Origin: an uncultured Chloroflexia bacterium
GTDB lineage: Bacteria > Chloroflexota > Limnocylindria > Limnocylindrales > CSP1-4
Assembly (NCBI GenBank): GCA_963696405.1
Contig: CAVOJY010000003.1
Location: 303-64,302, forward strand
Direction of reading: 5' to 3'
Length of the DNA: 64,000 nucleotides
Part shown: one piece after another, positions 43,308-53,845 of the stretch
Position numbering within the stretch: the stretch's first letter is position 1
Layout of the letters: each line of letters starts with the position of its first letter
The notes under the pieces: generated by a model
What the model saw: the letters and a program-made list of their open reading frames with translations, nothing else
Database searches by the model: none
What the model was told of the DNA's origin: nothing
Position numbers and translations under genes: made by a program

Positions 43308-44888
43308 ATGACCAGCGACCCGGACCTGCTGGAGCTGACGAAGCGCGCGCAGGCGAACCTGTCGGTGCCGGCGCTCTACGAGGCCGCGATCCGGAGGGGG
43401 GAGTGCATCCTCGCCTCCGGCGGGCCGCTCGTCGTTCGAACGGGAAGCCACACCAGCCGGTCGCCGAGCGACCGTTTCATCGTGGAGGAGGCGTCGAGCA
43501 AGTCGAAGATCTGGTGGAACGGCCATCACCGGCCGTTCCCGGAGGATCGGTACGTTGCCCTCCGCAAGCGCGTGGTGGACCACCTGCGGAAGCAGGAGGG
43601 GGTCTACCTGCAGGACTGCTTCGTAGGCGCCGACCCCGATCATCGGCGGTCGCTCCGGGTGATCACGGACACGGCCTGGCAGAGCATCTACGCGGAGAAT
43701 CTCTTCATTCGCCCCACCAGCGCGGACCTGGATCGCTTCCGTCCGGACTTCCTGGTCATCGACGCCTCGTCCTTTGCCGCCGACTCCGCGAAGGACGGGA
43801 CGCGCACCGGGACGTTCATCCTCATCCACCCCGGGCGTCGGGAGATCCTCATCGGCGGCACGTCCTATGCCGGCGAGATCAAGGCGAGCGTCTTCGCCGC
43901 GATGAGCTACCTCCTCCCCGAGGAGGGCGTCCTGCCGATCCACGCCTCGGCGAACGTCGGCCACCGCGGGGACGTCGCGGTCTTCTTCGGCCTCACCGGC
44001 ACCGGAAAGACGTGCCTTTCCGCGGACCCCGCGCGGGCGCTCATCGGCGACGACGAGCACGGCTGGAGCGAGCACGGTATCTTCAACCTCGAGGGCGGCT
44101 GCGACGCGAAGCTGATCCGCCTGTCGCCGACTGCCGAGCCGGAGATCTACGCGACCACGCGGCGCTTTGGCTGGGTCCTCGAGAACGTGGTGTGCGACCC
44201 GGCCACGAGGGAGCTCGACCTCGACTCGGACGAGATCACCGAGAACACGCGTGGCGTGTACCCGCTCGACTTCATCGCCAACGCTTCCGACACCGGGCTG
44301 GCGGGCCACCCGTCGAACGTCATCTTCCTGACCTCCGACGCGTTCGGCGTGCTCCCACCGATCTCCCGGCTCACGCCCGCGCAGGCGTCCTACCACTTCA
44401 TGTCGGGGTACACGGCCCGGGTGCCCGGCGCGGAGGCAGGGACGGCCGAACCGTCGGCGACGTTCTCGGCCTGCTATGGGGCTCCGTTCATGCCCCGTCA
44501 CCCCGGCGAGTACGCCAAGCTCCTGGCCGATCGCATCGCGCGGCACCGCGCCACGGTCTGGCTCGTCAACACCGGATGGACGGGCGGCCCCTTCGGTGTG
44601 GGCCACCGCGTCCGGATCCAGTACACGCGGGCCATGGTGCGCGCTGCTCTCGAGGGGAAGCTCACCGGCGTCCCTACGGTGACCGACGGGGTCTTCGGGA
44701 TCGAGGTCCCCACCGCCTGTCCCGATGTGCCGGCCGAGGTGCTCCAACCGCGCGCCACCTGGGCGAGCAAGCCGACCTACGATGCCCAGGCGCGCAAGCT
44801 CGCGCACATGTTCGCGGAGAACTTCGAGCAGTTCGCCGGCGGGGTCTCGCCCGAGGTCCTTGCCGCCGGCCCACGGACCGACGGATAG
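43308..44888 (+). CDS. pckA: Phosphoenolpyruvate carboxykinase (ATP)
   Basis: Motifs: SGGPLVVRTGSHTSRSPSDRFIV, the kinase-1a sequence FFGLTGTGKTCLSADP, IGDDEHGW and GGCDAKLIRLS. Confidence 0.92.
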   Translation: MTSDPDLLELTKRAQANLSVPALYEAAIRRGECILASGGPLVVRTGSHTSRSPSDRFIVEEASSKSKIWWNGHHRPFPEDRYVALRKRVVDHLRKQEGVYLQDCFVGADPDHRRSLRVITDTAWQSIYAENLFIRPTSADLDRFRPDFLVIDASSFAADSAKDGTRTGTFILIHPGRREILIGGTSYAGEIKASVFAAMSYLLPEEGVLPIHASANVGHRGDVAVFFGLTGTGKTCLSADPARALIGDDEHGWSEHGIFNLEGGCDAKLIRLSPTAEPEIYATTRRFGWVLENVVCDPATRELDLDSDEITENTRGVYPLDFIANASDTGLAGHPSNVIFLTSDAFGVLPPISRLTPAQASYHFMSGYTARVPGAEAGTAEPSATFSACYGAPFMPRHPGEYAKLLADRIARHRATVWLVNTGWTGGPFGVGHRVRIQYTRAMVRAALEGKLTGVPTVTDGVFGIEVPTACPDVPAEVLQPRATWASKPTYDAQARKLAHMFAENFEQFAGGVSPEVLAAGPRTDG

Positions 44889-44923
44889 CCCGGGACCAGG
44901 ACCGAGACAGGCAGGACAAACCG

Positions 44924-46210
<1,287 letters not shown>

Positions 46211-46393
46211 CCCCGTCACCCTGGGCAGGTCCGGGGAGCACGAGACGGCGTCTCCGACGGGTCGCCGGGGTCCATCGGCCCGCGGTTCCCGCGTCCCGTG
46301 CCACCGGGGTTGGATGCTGCAACCGCCCGATTACCGCTCGACCGCTGAACCCGCGGCGGCCGCCCGAGGTGCCGAGGTGTCGGCGCCCCCCGT

Positions 46394-46437
46394 GTTGGGG
46401 TCTCCCGCCGCAGCTGTTGGGGTTTCCCGCCGCAGTA
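46394..46437. repeat. 22-nt tandem direct repeat x2 (GTTGGGGTYTCCCGCCGCAG) ending in a TATGAT hexamer
   Basis: The copies are gttggggtctcccgccgcagct and gttggggtttcccgccgcagta. TATGAT lies at 46436-46441, about 35 nt upstream of the ppk2 start. Confidence 0.8.
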
Positions 46438-46474
46438 TGATTCCGCCGGGCCGCCCAGCGGCGGCGAGGAGGTC

Positions 46475-47347
46475 GTGATGGCGAAGACCACACACGATCA
46501 CAGTCGCGATCACCATGAGCCGTCCGCCGGAGGAGCGGTCATGGCCGCGGAGAGCGTCCCCCGGCCGCTGCCGAAGTTGGGCCCCCGGGAGTACGAGCGT
46601 GAGCTTCGGCGGCTCCAGATCGAGCTCGTCAAGGCGCAGGAGTGGGTCCGAACCCAGGGCCTGAAGATCGTCGTCGTCTTCGAGGGGCGGGACGCCGCCG
46701 GGAAGGGCGGCACGATCAAGCGCATCACCGAGAGTCTGAACCCCCGGTGGGTGCGGGTGGTGGCCCTCCCCACGCCCACCGAACGCGAGCGGACCCAGTG
46801 GTACTTCCAGCGCTACGTGGCGCACCTGCCGGCGGCCGGCGAGATCGTCCTCTTCGACCGCAGCTGGTACAACCGGGCCGGGGTCGAACGCGTCATGGGG
46901 TTCTGCACGGATGAGGAGTACCAGGAGTTTCTTCGCTCGTGCCCGGAGTTCGAGCGGATGCTGGTCCGCTCCGGGATCATGCTGGTCAAGTACTGGTTCT
47001 CCGTCGGTGACGCAGAGCAGGAGCGCCGGTTCCAGGCCCGCGTCAACGACCCCACGAAGCGCTGGAAGCTGAGCCCGATGGACCTCGAGTCGCGGGCGCG
47101 CTGGGTCGACTACTCGCGGGCCAAGGACGAGATGTTCGCCCACACCGACATCAAGCAGGCGCCCTGGCACGTGGTGAACGCGGACGACAAGCCCCGGGCC
47201 CGGCTCAACTGCATCAGCCATCTCCTGTCCCTGGTCCCGTACGAGGACCTGACGCCCGAACCCGTCGTCCTGCCACCGCGACAGCCGGACGGCGGCTATG
47301 TCCGCCCGCCGATCACGGACCAGACCTTCGTCCCCGAGGCGTACTGA
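46475..47347 (+). CDS. ppk2: Polyphosphate kinase 2
   Basis: Motifs: [20 protein letters not shown] (Walker A), [25 protein letters not shown] and KRWKLSPMD. The start is GTG 46475 or ATG 46478, after GAGGAGG. Confidence 0.9.
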   Translation: MMAKTTHDHSRDHHEPSAGGAVMAAESVPRPLPKLGPREYERELRRLQIELVKAQEWVRTQGLKIVVVFEGRDAAGKGGTIKRITESLNPRWVRVVALPTPTERERTQWYFQRYVAHLPAAGEIVLFDRSWYNRAGVERVMGFCTDEEYQEFLRSCPEFERMLVRSGIMLVKYWFSVGDAEQERRFQARVNDPTKRWKLSPMDLESRARWVDYSRAKDEMFAHTDIKQAPWHVVNADDKPRARLNCISHLLSLVPYEDLTPEPVVLPPRQPDGGYVRPPITDQTFVPEAY

Positions 47348-47420
47348 GGGCACGCGCCGCAGCGCGCCGCGCAGGACGTACAATCCGGCCCCAAACCGGT
47401 CCAGGGATCGAGGTGATCAC

Positions 47421-48371
47421 GTGACACGCGAACGCATGCCCCGCCGCAAGGTCACCGTCATCGGGGCCGGGAACGTCGGCGCGACCGTGGCCCAGCGGAT
47501 CGTCGCGTCCGGCATCGCCGATGTCGTCCTGGTGGACATCGTGGAGGGGTTGCCGCAGGGAAAGGCCCTCGACCTGGCGGAGGCCGCGCCGCTGCTCGGG
47601 CACGACCTCCAGGTGGTCGGCACGAACGACTACGCGGATACGGCGGGCTCGGTCGTCATCGTCGTCACGTCCGGCATCGCCCGGCAGCCGGGGATGAGCC
47701 GGGACGACCTGCTGCTCAAGAACGCCGCGATCGTGAAGTCCGTGGTCGAGCAGGCGGCTGCCTATTCGCCGAGCGCGGTGATCATCATCGTCACGAACCC
47801 TCTCGACGCGATGTGCCACGTCGCGCTCAAGGCGTCCGGGTTCCCTCGCTGGCGCGTGATCGGGATGGCCGGTGTCCTCGACTCCGCGCGCTTCCGGACG
47901 TTCGTCTCCATGGAGCTGGGCGTGGCTCCCTCGAACACCTCCGCGTTCGTGCTCGGCGGGCATGGCGACACCATGGTGCCTCTGCCGCGGTACTCGACGG
48001 TCGGTGGGGTTCCGATCACGGAGTTGATGGCGACCGAGCAGATCGAAGCCATCATCGAGCGCACCCGGAACGGCGGCGCCGAGATCGTCTCGCTGCTCAA
48101 ATCCGGCAGCGCCTACTACGCGCCGGCCGCTGCCGTGTGGGAGATGACCGACGCGATCGTCAACGACCGCCACAAGATCCTGCCGTGCGCGGCGCTGCTC
48201 AAGGGCGAATACGGGGTCGACGGGCTCTTTGTCGGCGTCCCGGTCCGTCTCAGCCGGGTCGGCGTGGACCAGATCGTGGAGATCAGGCTGACCGATGACG
48301 AGCGCCGCGCCTTCATGCGGTCCGCCGCGGCCGTTCGCGAGCTGGTCGAGGCGCTCGGCGAGTACGCATAG
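47421..48371 (+). CDS. mdh: Malate dehydrogenase (LDH-like MDH)
   Basis: Motifs: [31 protein letters not shown] (Arg-containing MDH specificity loop), IIIVTNPLD and [11 protein letters not shown]. The start is GTG 47421 or ATG 47436. Confidence 0.9.
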   Translation: MTRERMPRRKVTVIGAGNVGATVAQRIVASGIADVVLVDIVEGLPQGKALDLAEAAPLLGHDLQVVGTNDYADTAGSVVIVVTSGIARQPGMSRDDLLLKNAAIVKSVVEQAAAYSPSAVIIIVTNPLDAMCHVALKASGFPRWRVIGMAGVLDSARFRTFVSMELGVAPSNTSAFVLGGHGDTMVPLPRYSTVGGVPITELMATEQIEAIIERTRNGGAEIVSLLKSGSAYYAPAAAVWEMTDAIVNDRHKILPCAALLKGEYGVDGLFVGVPVRLSRVGVDQIVEIRLTDDERRAFMRSAAAVRELVEALGEYA

Positions 48372-48394
48372 GGGCGTTCGCCGCCGGCGTCGGA

Positions 48395-49141
48395 TCAGGG
48401 CTGCTCCGTCTCGCGGACGATCTCGTCGGCGTTCGGCGGCTCGATAGGTGCCTGCCCGGTCGGGTCGATCGCCGTGTCGAACGTACTCATGCTGCCCGTT
48501 GCATCATCCGCCTCGTGCCGGAGGAGACGCGTCGGGAGCAGCGTCGTCGCGTCCGCCCAGAGCGACGCGTCGAAGTGCCGCCCCTCGGCGGTGGTCGCCG
48601 ACGCGATCGCGAAGATGCACTCGCTCGGTCTGGCGGGATCGGGCTGCCCGCTGGACCAGGGCGCCCGAGCGTGGAGCTTCGCCAGGAGGTCATCGAGGGC
48701 ACCACCTTCGGGCGTCAGGCTGAGACGCCCGGGCGTGTCGTGCCACAGGTCCTCGCCGGGCACTCGCGCCCACTCCTGATCCCCGATCAGAATGAAGTCG
48801 GGGTACTCGAACAGTCTGGCCATCGGGTCGATCCCGGTGGCCCATTCGCTGATCTCGCGGGCTCGATCGGGGGCTTGATACGCGCCGTTCACCGTTCGAT
48901 CGGCCACGACTGGAGAGGGCCCGGGGACGGTCGGGTCGAAGACGATGCGGTCGGTGCCCCGATACGTGTAGTGGTCAACGGCCGCGAGCGCGTCTCGCAC
49001 GTCAGTCCACCGCAATCCCGCGCAGCGCTCCACGCTCGTCGGGCGCGGCGTTTCAGTCGGGACGAGCGGGGCGGACGTTCCGCACGCGCCGAGCAGCAGC
49101 GCCAGGAGTACCCCGGATGCGAGCGCACGTGGCCTGTGCAT
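48395..49141 (-). CDS. Hypothetical lipoprotein
   Basis: From ATG 49141 the sequence is MHRPRALASGVLLALLLGACG (lipobox). I recognise no family. Confidence 0.6.
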   Translation of the reverse strand: MHRPRALASGVLLALLLGACGTSAPLVPTETPRPTSVERCAGLRWTDVRDALAAVDHYTYRGTDRIVFDPTVPGPSPVVADRTVNGAYQAPDRAREISEWATGIDPMARLFEYPDFILIGDQEWARVPGEDLWHDTPGRLSLTPEGGALDDLLAKLHARAPWSSGQPDPARPSECIFAIASATTAEGRHFDASLWADATTLLPTRLLRHEADDATGSMSTFDTAIDPTGQAPIEPPNADEIVRETEQP

Positions 49142-49284
49142 GACCGAACAATCGCAACTGAGCCGTGGCGCGTCAAGCGACGAAACACTCCGGCGGGCAG
49201 CTCGTCGTTGCAGGGCGAGCCTTGCGCCGTGTGCCGGGTGGAGCAGGAAGAGCGAGGATGCTTTGTCGAGCCGGAGGCAGGGCC

Positions 49285-50979
49285 TCAGGTGATGGCGTCC
49301 CTCCCGAAGACTGCGGTGCCGCCGGCGAGCGTGGCGACAACCTGGATGCCGTCCTTGCCGACGGCCCATGCCTCGGGAGGTACGGCAGAGGGATCGGCGG
49401 ACAGCACGACCACGTCGGCGGCCCGGCCGGCCTCGATTTGGCCTCCATGGTCCTCGTCGCGCGCGGCCCACGCGGCGGCGCCGGTCCAGGCGGTGAGCGC
49501 CTCGGCGACGGTCGGGGCGATGCCGTCGGCAAGGCGAACGCCGGACGGTCCCGCGTGGCGGAACACCGCCCGCACGCCGTCCAGCGGCCGTCCCCGGGTG
49601 ATCGGCCGGTCGCTGCCGAACGCGAGCTCAAGCCCGGCGTCGAGCCACGTGCGGTAGTCGTAGATGCGGGCGGCCCTTTCGGGCCCGAGCCGCGCCCGGT
49701 AGAGGTCGCCGTTTGCCGTGACGAACTCCGGCTGGATCACGGCCACCACGCCGAGCCGGACCATCTCGGCCACGAGTCCCGGGGCGAGCAGCATTGCGTG
49801 TTCGACGCGGTGGCGGTGGTCCGCGCATGGCGCCGCGTCGAGGGCCGCGCGGTACGCCGCGAGCGTCGCAGCGACCGCCGCGTCGCCGATGGCGTGCGTG
49901 GCCAGTTGCCAGCCGGCGAGGTGGGCCCGCAGAAGCCGCTCGGCCAGCTCGGCGGGTTCATGGGCGGGCCGCCCCAGCGGGGGTGTGCCCGGGCGGGCCC
50001 GTGCGTCGGCGTACGGCTCGTTGAGCCATGCGTCGCCGGTGGAAAGCGCACCGTCCGAGTAGAACTTCGCCGCGCCGACGCGCACCCGGCCCTCCGCGTC
50101 TGGCGGGATCAGCGCCCGGATATCGCCCGGGCTCGGGGGCGCCTCTCCCGCCGCGGCCAGCCTCGTGAGCCCGGGCATGACGGTCAGGCGGACCCGAAGA
50201 TCGCCGTCCAGCGCGGCACCCACGTACGCGGCCAGCTCGTCGATGGGGCTCCCCACGGCCCCGAGATCCGCGTCGCTCACCGCGGTGACGCCGTCGGCGG
50301 CGAGCCGCGCGGAGACGCGGCGCAGTGCTGCCCGCAGGTCCTCAGGGGTGAGCGCCGGCAGGACCGGCGCGAACGGTGCTGCCGGGTCGGAGCCGCGGAG
50401 CATGCCGGTCGGCTCGCCGTGCTCGTCGCGTTCAATGGTCGCCCCGGCAGGATCGGGTGCCGCGGCCGTGATCCGCGCGATGGCGAGGGCGAGGGAGTTC
50501 GCCACGACGGCGTGACCGCTGCCGTGGTGCAGGAGGACCGGGACATCGGGGGAGGCCGTGTCCAGCTCGTCCCGCGTTGGATCGCGGCCGTCGGGCCAGG
50601 CCGCGGGGTGGTAGACGGCCTCCACCCAGCGGTCGGGATCCGCCCCGGCAGCCGCCGACGACGCACTGATCGCGTGCACTGCGGCGCGCCGGTCGGTGGT
50701 CGTCGTGAGGTCGAGCCAGCCGAGGCGGACCCCCTCGCCGAGTGGGTGAGCGTGCGCGTCCTGGAAGCCCGGCAGGACGGCGCGGCCCTGCAAATTCACG
50801 AGGCGGGTCGCCGGTCCCGCCATGGCAAGGATGTCGCTCTCCCCGCCCACGGCGGCGATGCGGTCGCCGGTCAGCGCGAGGGCCTGCGCGCGCCGAACCG
50901 GGACGGATCGGCCGGGGTCTCGTCTGCCGAACGAGAGGACGGCGCCGCCATGGAAGATGAGATCCGGATGGTCGTCCAC
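49285..50979 (-). CDS. Amidohydrolase-family metal-dependent hydrolase (YtcJ-like)
   Basis: Motifs: IFHGGAVLS, LPGFQDAHAHP (HxH), HAIGDAAV and VEHAMLL. The length of 564 aa is typical of the amidohydrolase-3 type. Confidence 0.8.
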   Translation of the reverse strand: MDDHPDLIFHGGAVLSFGRRDPGRSVPVRRAQALALTGDRIAAVGGESDILAMAGPATRLVNLQGRAVLPGFQDAHAHPLGEGVRLGWLDLTTTTDRRAAVHAISASSAAAGADPDRWVEAVYHPAAWPDGRDPTRDELDTASPDVPVLLHHGSGHAVVANSLALAIARITAAAPDPAGATIERDEHGEPTGMLRGSDPAAPFAPVLPALTPEDLRAALRRVSARLAADGVTAVSDADLGAVGSPIDELAAYVGAALDGDLRVRLTVMPGLTRLAAAGEAPPSPGDIRALIPPDAEGRVRVGAAKFYSDGALSTGDAWLNEPYADARARPGTPPLGRPAHEPAELAERLLRAHLAGWQLATHAIGDAAVAATLAAYRAALDAAPCADHRHRVEHAMLLAPGLVAEMVRLGVVAVIQPEFVTANGDLYRARLGPERAARIYDYRTWLDAGLELAFGSDRPITRGRPLDGVRAVFRHAGPSGVRLADGIAPTVAEALTAWTGAAAWAARDEDHGGQIEAGRAADVVVLSADPSAVPPEAWAVGKDGIQVVATLAGGTAVFGRDAIT

Positions 50980-51151
50980 GTTCTGCCCGCTCCTTGCACC
51001 TGTGCGAGGGAAGCTCCGGACGCCACCGAAGCTCCGGCCGCCGATGCTCCGGGCGCTACCGAAGCTCCGGACGCCGCCGTCCCGCGTCGCGCCACGGCTA
51101 CACTACCCCGGATGATCGCAGCGCCGGCGCAGCATCGCTCCTGGCCCTGAC

Positions 51152-52057
51152 ATGTCCCCCGCGGTCATCACCCTCGACTTCGACCCTGTGGTCACCCTCG
51201 ACGGCTGGGCCGTGCGCTGGCAGGTCGTCGGCGTGGCCGGCGCCATCCTCGTGACTCTGGTCCTGGCGGCCTGGCTCGCCGGTCGTGCAGGCCGGTCGGC
51301 CGGTCTGCCCCGGCTCCGTCGCGACGACCTCCTGTTTCTGGCCGTCGCCGCCGTCCCCGGCGCTGTGATCGGCGGTCGCCTCTTCCACGTGGTCGCGTAC
51401 CTCGACTACTACGCCGCCCAACCGGAGCACATCGTCGATCCGGCCCAGGGTGGCCTGTCGCTCCTCGGGGCGGTGCTCGGCGGAATGGTCTCGGCCGCGT
51501 ACATGGCGTCTCTCATGGGCCTCCCGGTGCGGCGCTGGCTCGACGTGGCCGCAATCGCGGTCCTCGTCGGCATCGGCCTCGGCAAGCTCTCGCTCCTGCT
51601 GGGCGGCGAGGGCCAGGGTCAAGCGTTCGCCGGCACCTGGGCGCTCGCATTTGCAGGTGATGGGCCGTGGTACAGCCCGGCCCCGGGGATGCCTGCCCAC
51701 CCGGCGCAGGTCTACGAGGCGCTGTGGAACCTGGCCGGGGCGTTCGTCCTCGCGTTCCTCGCGGTGGGCCCGGTGACCCGCCGGCTGCCCGGCGCGATTC
51801 GCCAGACGGGTGCGTATGCTGCCCGCCGGGAAGCCCGGGGCGAGCCCGTTGCGCCCGGCATGCTCCGTTTCGGTGTGCTCTTCTTCGTCGGGCTTGCCTG
51901 GTTCGTCGTCGGGCGGATCGTGGTCGGGTTCGCCTGGAAGGACGATCCGATTGCGGGGGGAGTGAACGCCGAGCAGCTCGTGGCGGCGGGAGTCGTCGCG
52001 CTGATGGCGCTCTATCTCGTCGCCTTCACCATCGTGAGGCGCCTGAGGGACCGCTGA
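51152..52057 (+). CDS. Lgt-family paralogue with a degenerate catalytic motif
   Basis: It is collinear with lgt (VIGGRLFHVVAYLDYY; GGLSLLGAVLGGMVSAAY; HPAQVYEALWNLAG). The GRWGNFFNQE motif is replaced by GLGKLSLLLGGEGQG. Confidence 0.6.
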   Translation: MSPAVITLDFDPVVTLDGWAVRWQVVGVAGAILVTLVLAAWLAGRAGRSAGLPRLRRDDLLFLAVAAVPGAVIGGRLFHVVAYLDYYAAQPEHIVDPAQGGLSLLGAVLGGMVSAAYMASLMGLPVRRWLDVAAIAVLVGIGLGKLSLLLGGEGQGQAFAGTWALAFAGDGPWYSPAPGMPAHPAQVYEALWNLAGAFVLAFLAVGPVTRRLPGAIRQTGAYAARREARGEPVAPGMLRFGVLFFVGLAWFVVGRIVVGFAWKDDPIAGGVNAEQLVAAGVVALMALYLVAFTIVRRLRDR

Positions 52058-52152
52058 GCCGAACGGTCGACGTCTGGACCGGCGCCCGGACTCGCGCCGA
52101 GAACCTGTGCAAAACTGCCCTCCGCCCGGTCTCGACGCGCTACCATCGCCCT

Positions 52153-53325
52153 ATGCCCGCCAGCCGCACCACCGCCGGTTCCACCGCCGGCACCACGCCC
52201 GCCAGCCGCGCCGGCCGGGCCCCTGGCCGGGTGCGGGTCCGCTGGCGCGCCGGCACCCCGCCCCCGGTGCTGGTGGAGGTCCGCCGCGGCGAGATCGTCG
52301 AGAGCCGCCACCGGGGCAGTATCGTCGTCGTGGATCCCCACGGACAGATCGAACACCTCCTGGGTGACCCGGGGACCGTCGTCTCCCTTCGATCGTGCGC
52401 GAAGCCGTTCGGCCTGGTGGCGTTCGTGGAGTCGGGGGCTGCCGATGCCTTCGGCCTGACGCCGGCGGAACTCGCCATCTGCGCCGCATCGCACTCGGGC
52501 GAGGATCTCCACGTCCGGACGCTCCAGGCGATCCTGCGCCGGGCGGGCATTGGCCAGTCCCTGCTGGCCTGCGGTATCGAGAACGCCCCTATCGACCAGA
52601 TGACCGCCATGCGCCTGACGCGCGACGGCGAGCGACCCGGCCCCATCCGTCACGGCTGTTCCGGCCAGCACGTGTCGCACCTGCTACTCAGCAAGCATGC
52701 CGACTGGCCGCTCGAGGAGTACTGGCGGCCCGAGCACCCCAGCCAGGTGGCCTTCCGCGGCGCGCTTGCGCGGGTCTTCGGCGTCCACCCCGACCAGCTC
52801 GAGACGGCGGTCGACTCGTGCGGCGTCCTCACCTACGCCTTCCCGCTGGTCGAGGTTGCGCGCGCCTACGCGATCCTGGCCGACCCGCCCGTGGCGGCGA
52901 CCGACCCGGTCCGCCGCGGCATGGTGCCCGCCCTCATGCGGGTCCGCGACGCCATGCTCGCGGCGCCCGACATCGTGGCGGGGACCCGCGACCGGCCGGA
53001 CACGGCGATCATGAAGTCAGCGCCGCGCCGCCTCGTGTCCAAGTCGGGGGCCGAAGGGCTCCGCGGGATCGCTCTCCTGCCGGGAAGTCGAGGCGACTCG
53101 AAGCCGTCGGGCGGCGTGGCGATCGCGATCGAGGACGGCGACCCGCTCGGGCGCGCCGGCCGCGCCGTGGCCGTGGAGACGCTGCGCCAGCTCGGCGTCC
53201 TCGCGGGCGAGCCGCTGCGCCGCCTGGCCGCGTACCATCGCCCCCCGCTGCACGACCCCCGCGGGGCCGTGGTCGGCGAGGCGGTGCCGGTCTTCGACCT
53301 GGCGCCCATCGCCGAGCTGAGCTGA
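52153..53325 (+). CDS. Asparaginase (Asparaginase_II / thermolabile type family)
   Basis: Motifs: VLVEVRRGEIVESRHRGSIVVVD, SLRSCAKPFGLVAF, CAASHSGEDLHV, CSGQHVSHLL and KSGAEGLRGIALL. The start is uncertain: ATG 52153 gives a 40-aa Ala/Gly/Arg-rich leader. Confidence 0.8.
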   Translation: MPASRTTAGSTAGTTPASRAGRAPGRVRVRWRAGTPPPVLVEVRRGEIVESRHRGSIVVVDPHGQIEHLLGDPGTVVSLRSCAKPFGLVAFVESGAADAFGLTPAELAICAASHSGEDLHVRTLQAILRRAGIGQSLLACGIENAPIDQMTAMRLTRDGERPGPIRHGCSGQHVSHLLLSKHADWPLEEYWRPEHPSQVAFRGALARVFGVHPDQLETAVDSCGVLTYAFPLVEVARAYAILADPPVAATDPVRRGMVPALMRVRDAMLAAPDIVAGTRDRPDTAIMKSAPRRLVSKSGAEGLRGIALLPGSRGDSKPSGGVAIAIEDGDPLGRAGRAVAVETLRQLGVLAGEPLRRLAAYHRPPLHDPRGAVVGEAVPVFDLAPIAELS

Positions 53326-53676
53326 GAAGGAACTGATAGCCGGCGGGTTGCGTGCGAGGGGCGTTCCCTTGGCCGTGCCCGGGCATCTCGTCTCAACGCG
53401 AGACCCGGAATATCGCAAGTACTGTTATCCGGGCTCGTATCCCCGGCGTGCCCGGCCGGCGGGTGCCGTGGCCACCTTCCTCACCTCCCGGCCGGCTCGT
53501 GCGGCACGATCGGCGGTGCGGTCGCGAGCGCACGCGGGACCGCGGGATCCAGTCCCGCACCCACCGGTGGAGGCGGGCACGGCGGACTTGTCGCCGGTGG
53601 CCGCCTCGACGTCCTCTCCGCCGGAGAGACGCGTCGCGTAACAGTACAAGTGATAGCCGGCCGACCAGACGGCTGG

Positions 53677-53748
53677 CCGGACCGCCACGCGGCCGCCGGA
53701 CCGCCACCCGGGCCGCCGGACCGCCACCCGGGCCGCCGGACCGCCGAC
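53677..53748. repeat. About 20-nt tandem direct repeat x3.5 (CCGGACCGCCACCCGGGCCG)
   Basis: Copy 1 is 53677-53695 (19 nt), copy 2 is 53696-53715 and copy 3 is 53716-53735, with a partial copy to 53748. The array ends about 10 nt before the -35 of the FTR1 promoter candidate. Confidence 0.85.
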
Positions 53749-53758
53749 GATCCCCGGT

Positions 53759-53787
53759 TTCCCAATACCTGACCAACTGAGTATGAT
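53759..53787 (+). promoter_or_regulatory. Putative promoter of the FTR1 gene: TTCCCA, 17-nt spacer, TATGAT
   Basis: The -35 is at 53759-53764 and the -10 at 53782-53787, about 58 nt upstream of GTG 53846. Confidence 0.4.
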
Positions 53788-53845
53788 TTGCCGCTGGCAT
53801 GGTGCCCCGCGGCCGAGAGGTTCCGCCGCGCCACAGGAGCAAGGC

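Noticed and set aside
53424-53490. A 15-codon mini-ORF (GTG..., VATAPAGRARRGYEPG) with a strong GGGAGGTGA RBS on the minus strand
   Set aside because: It points towards the 3' end of the asparaginase gene, with nothing downstream to regulate. It is most likely a chance RBS-like purine run.
53410-53656. MITE or IS element defined by the 18-nt inverted repeat pair
   Set aside because: There is no transposase, no clear target-site duplication and no second copy in this window. It is kept as a low-confidence alternative within the FTR1 spacer finding rather than called a mobile element.
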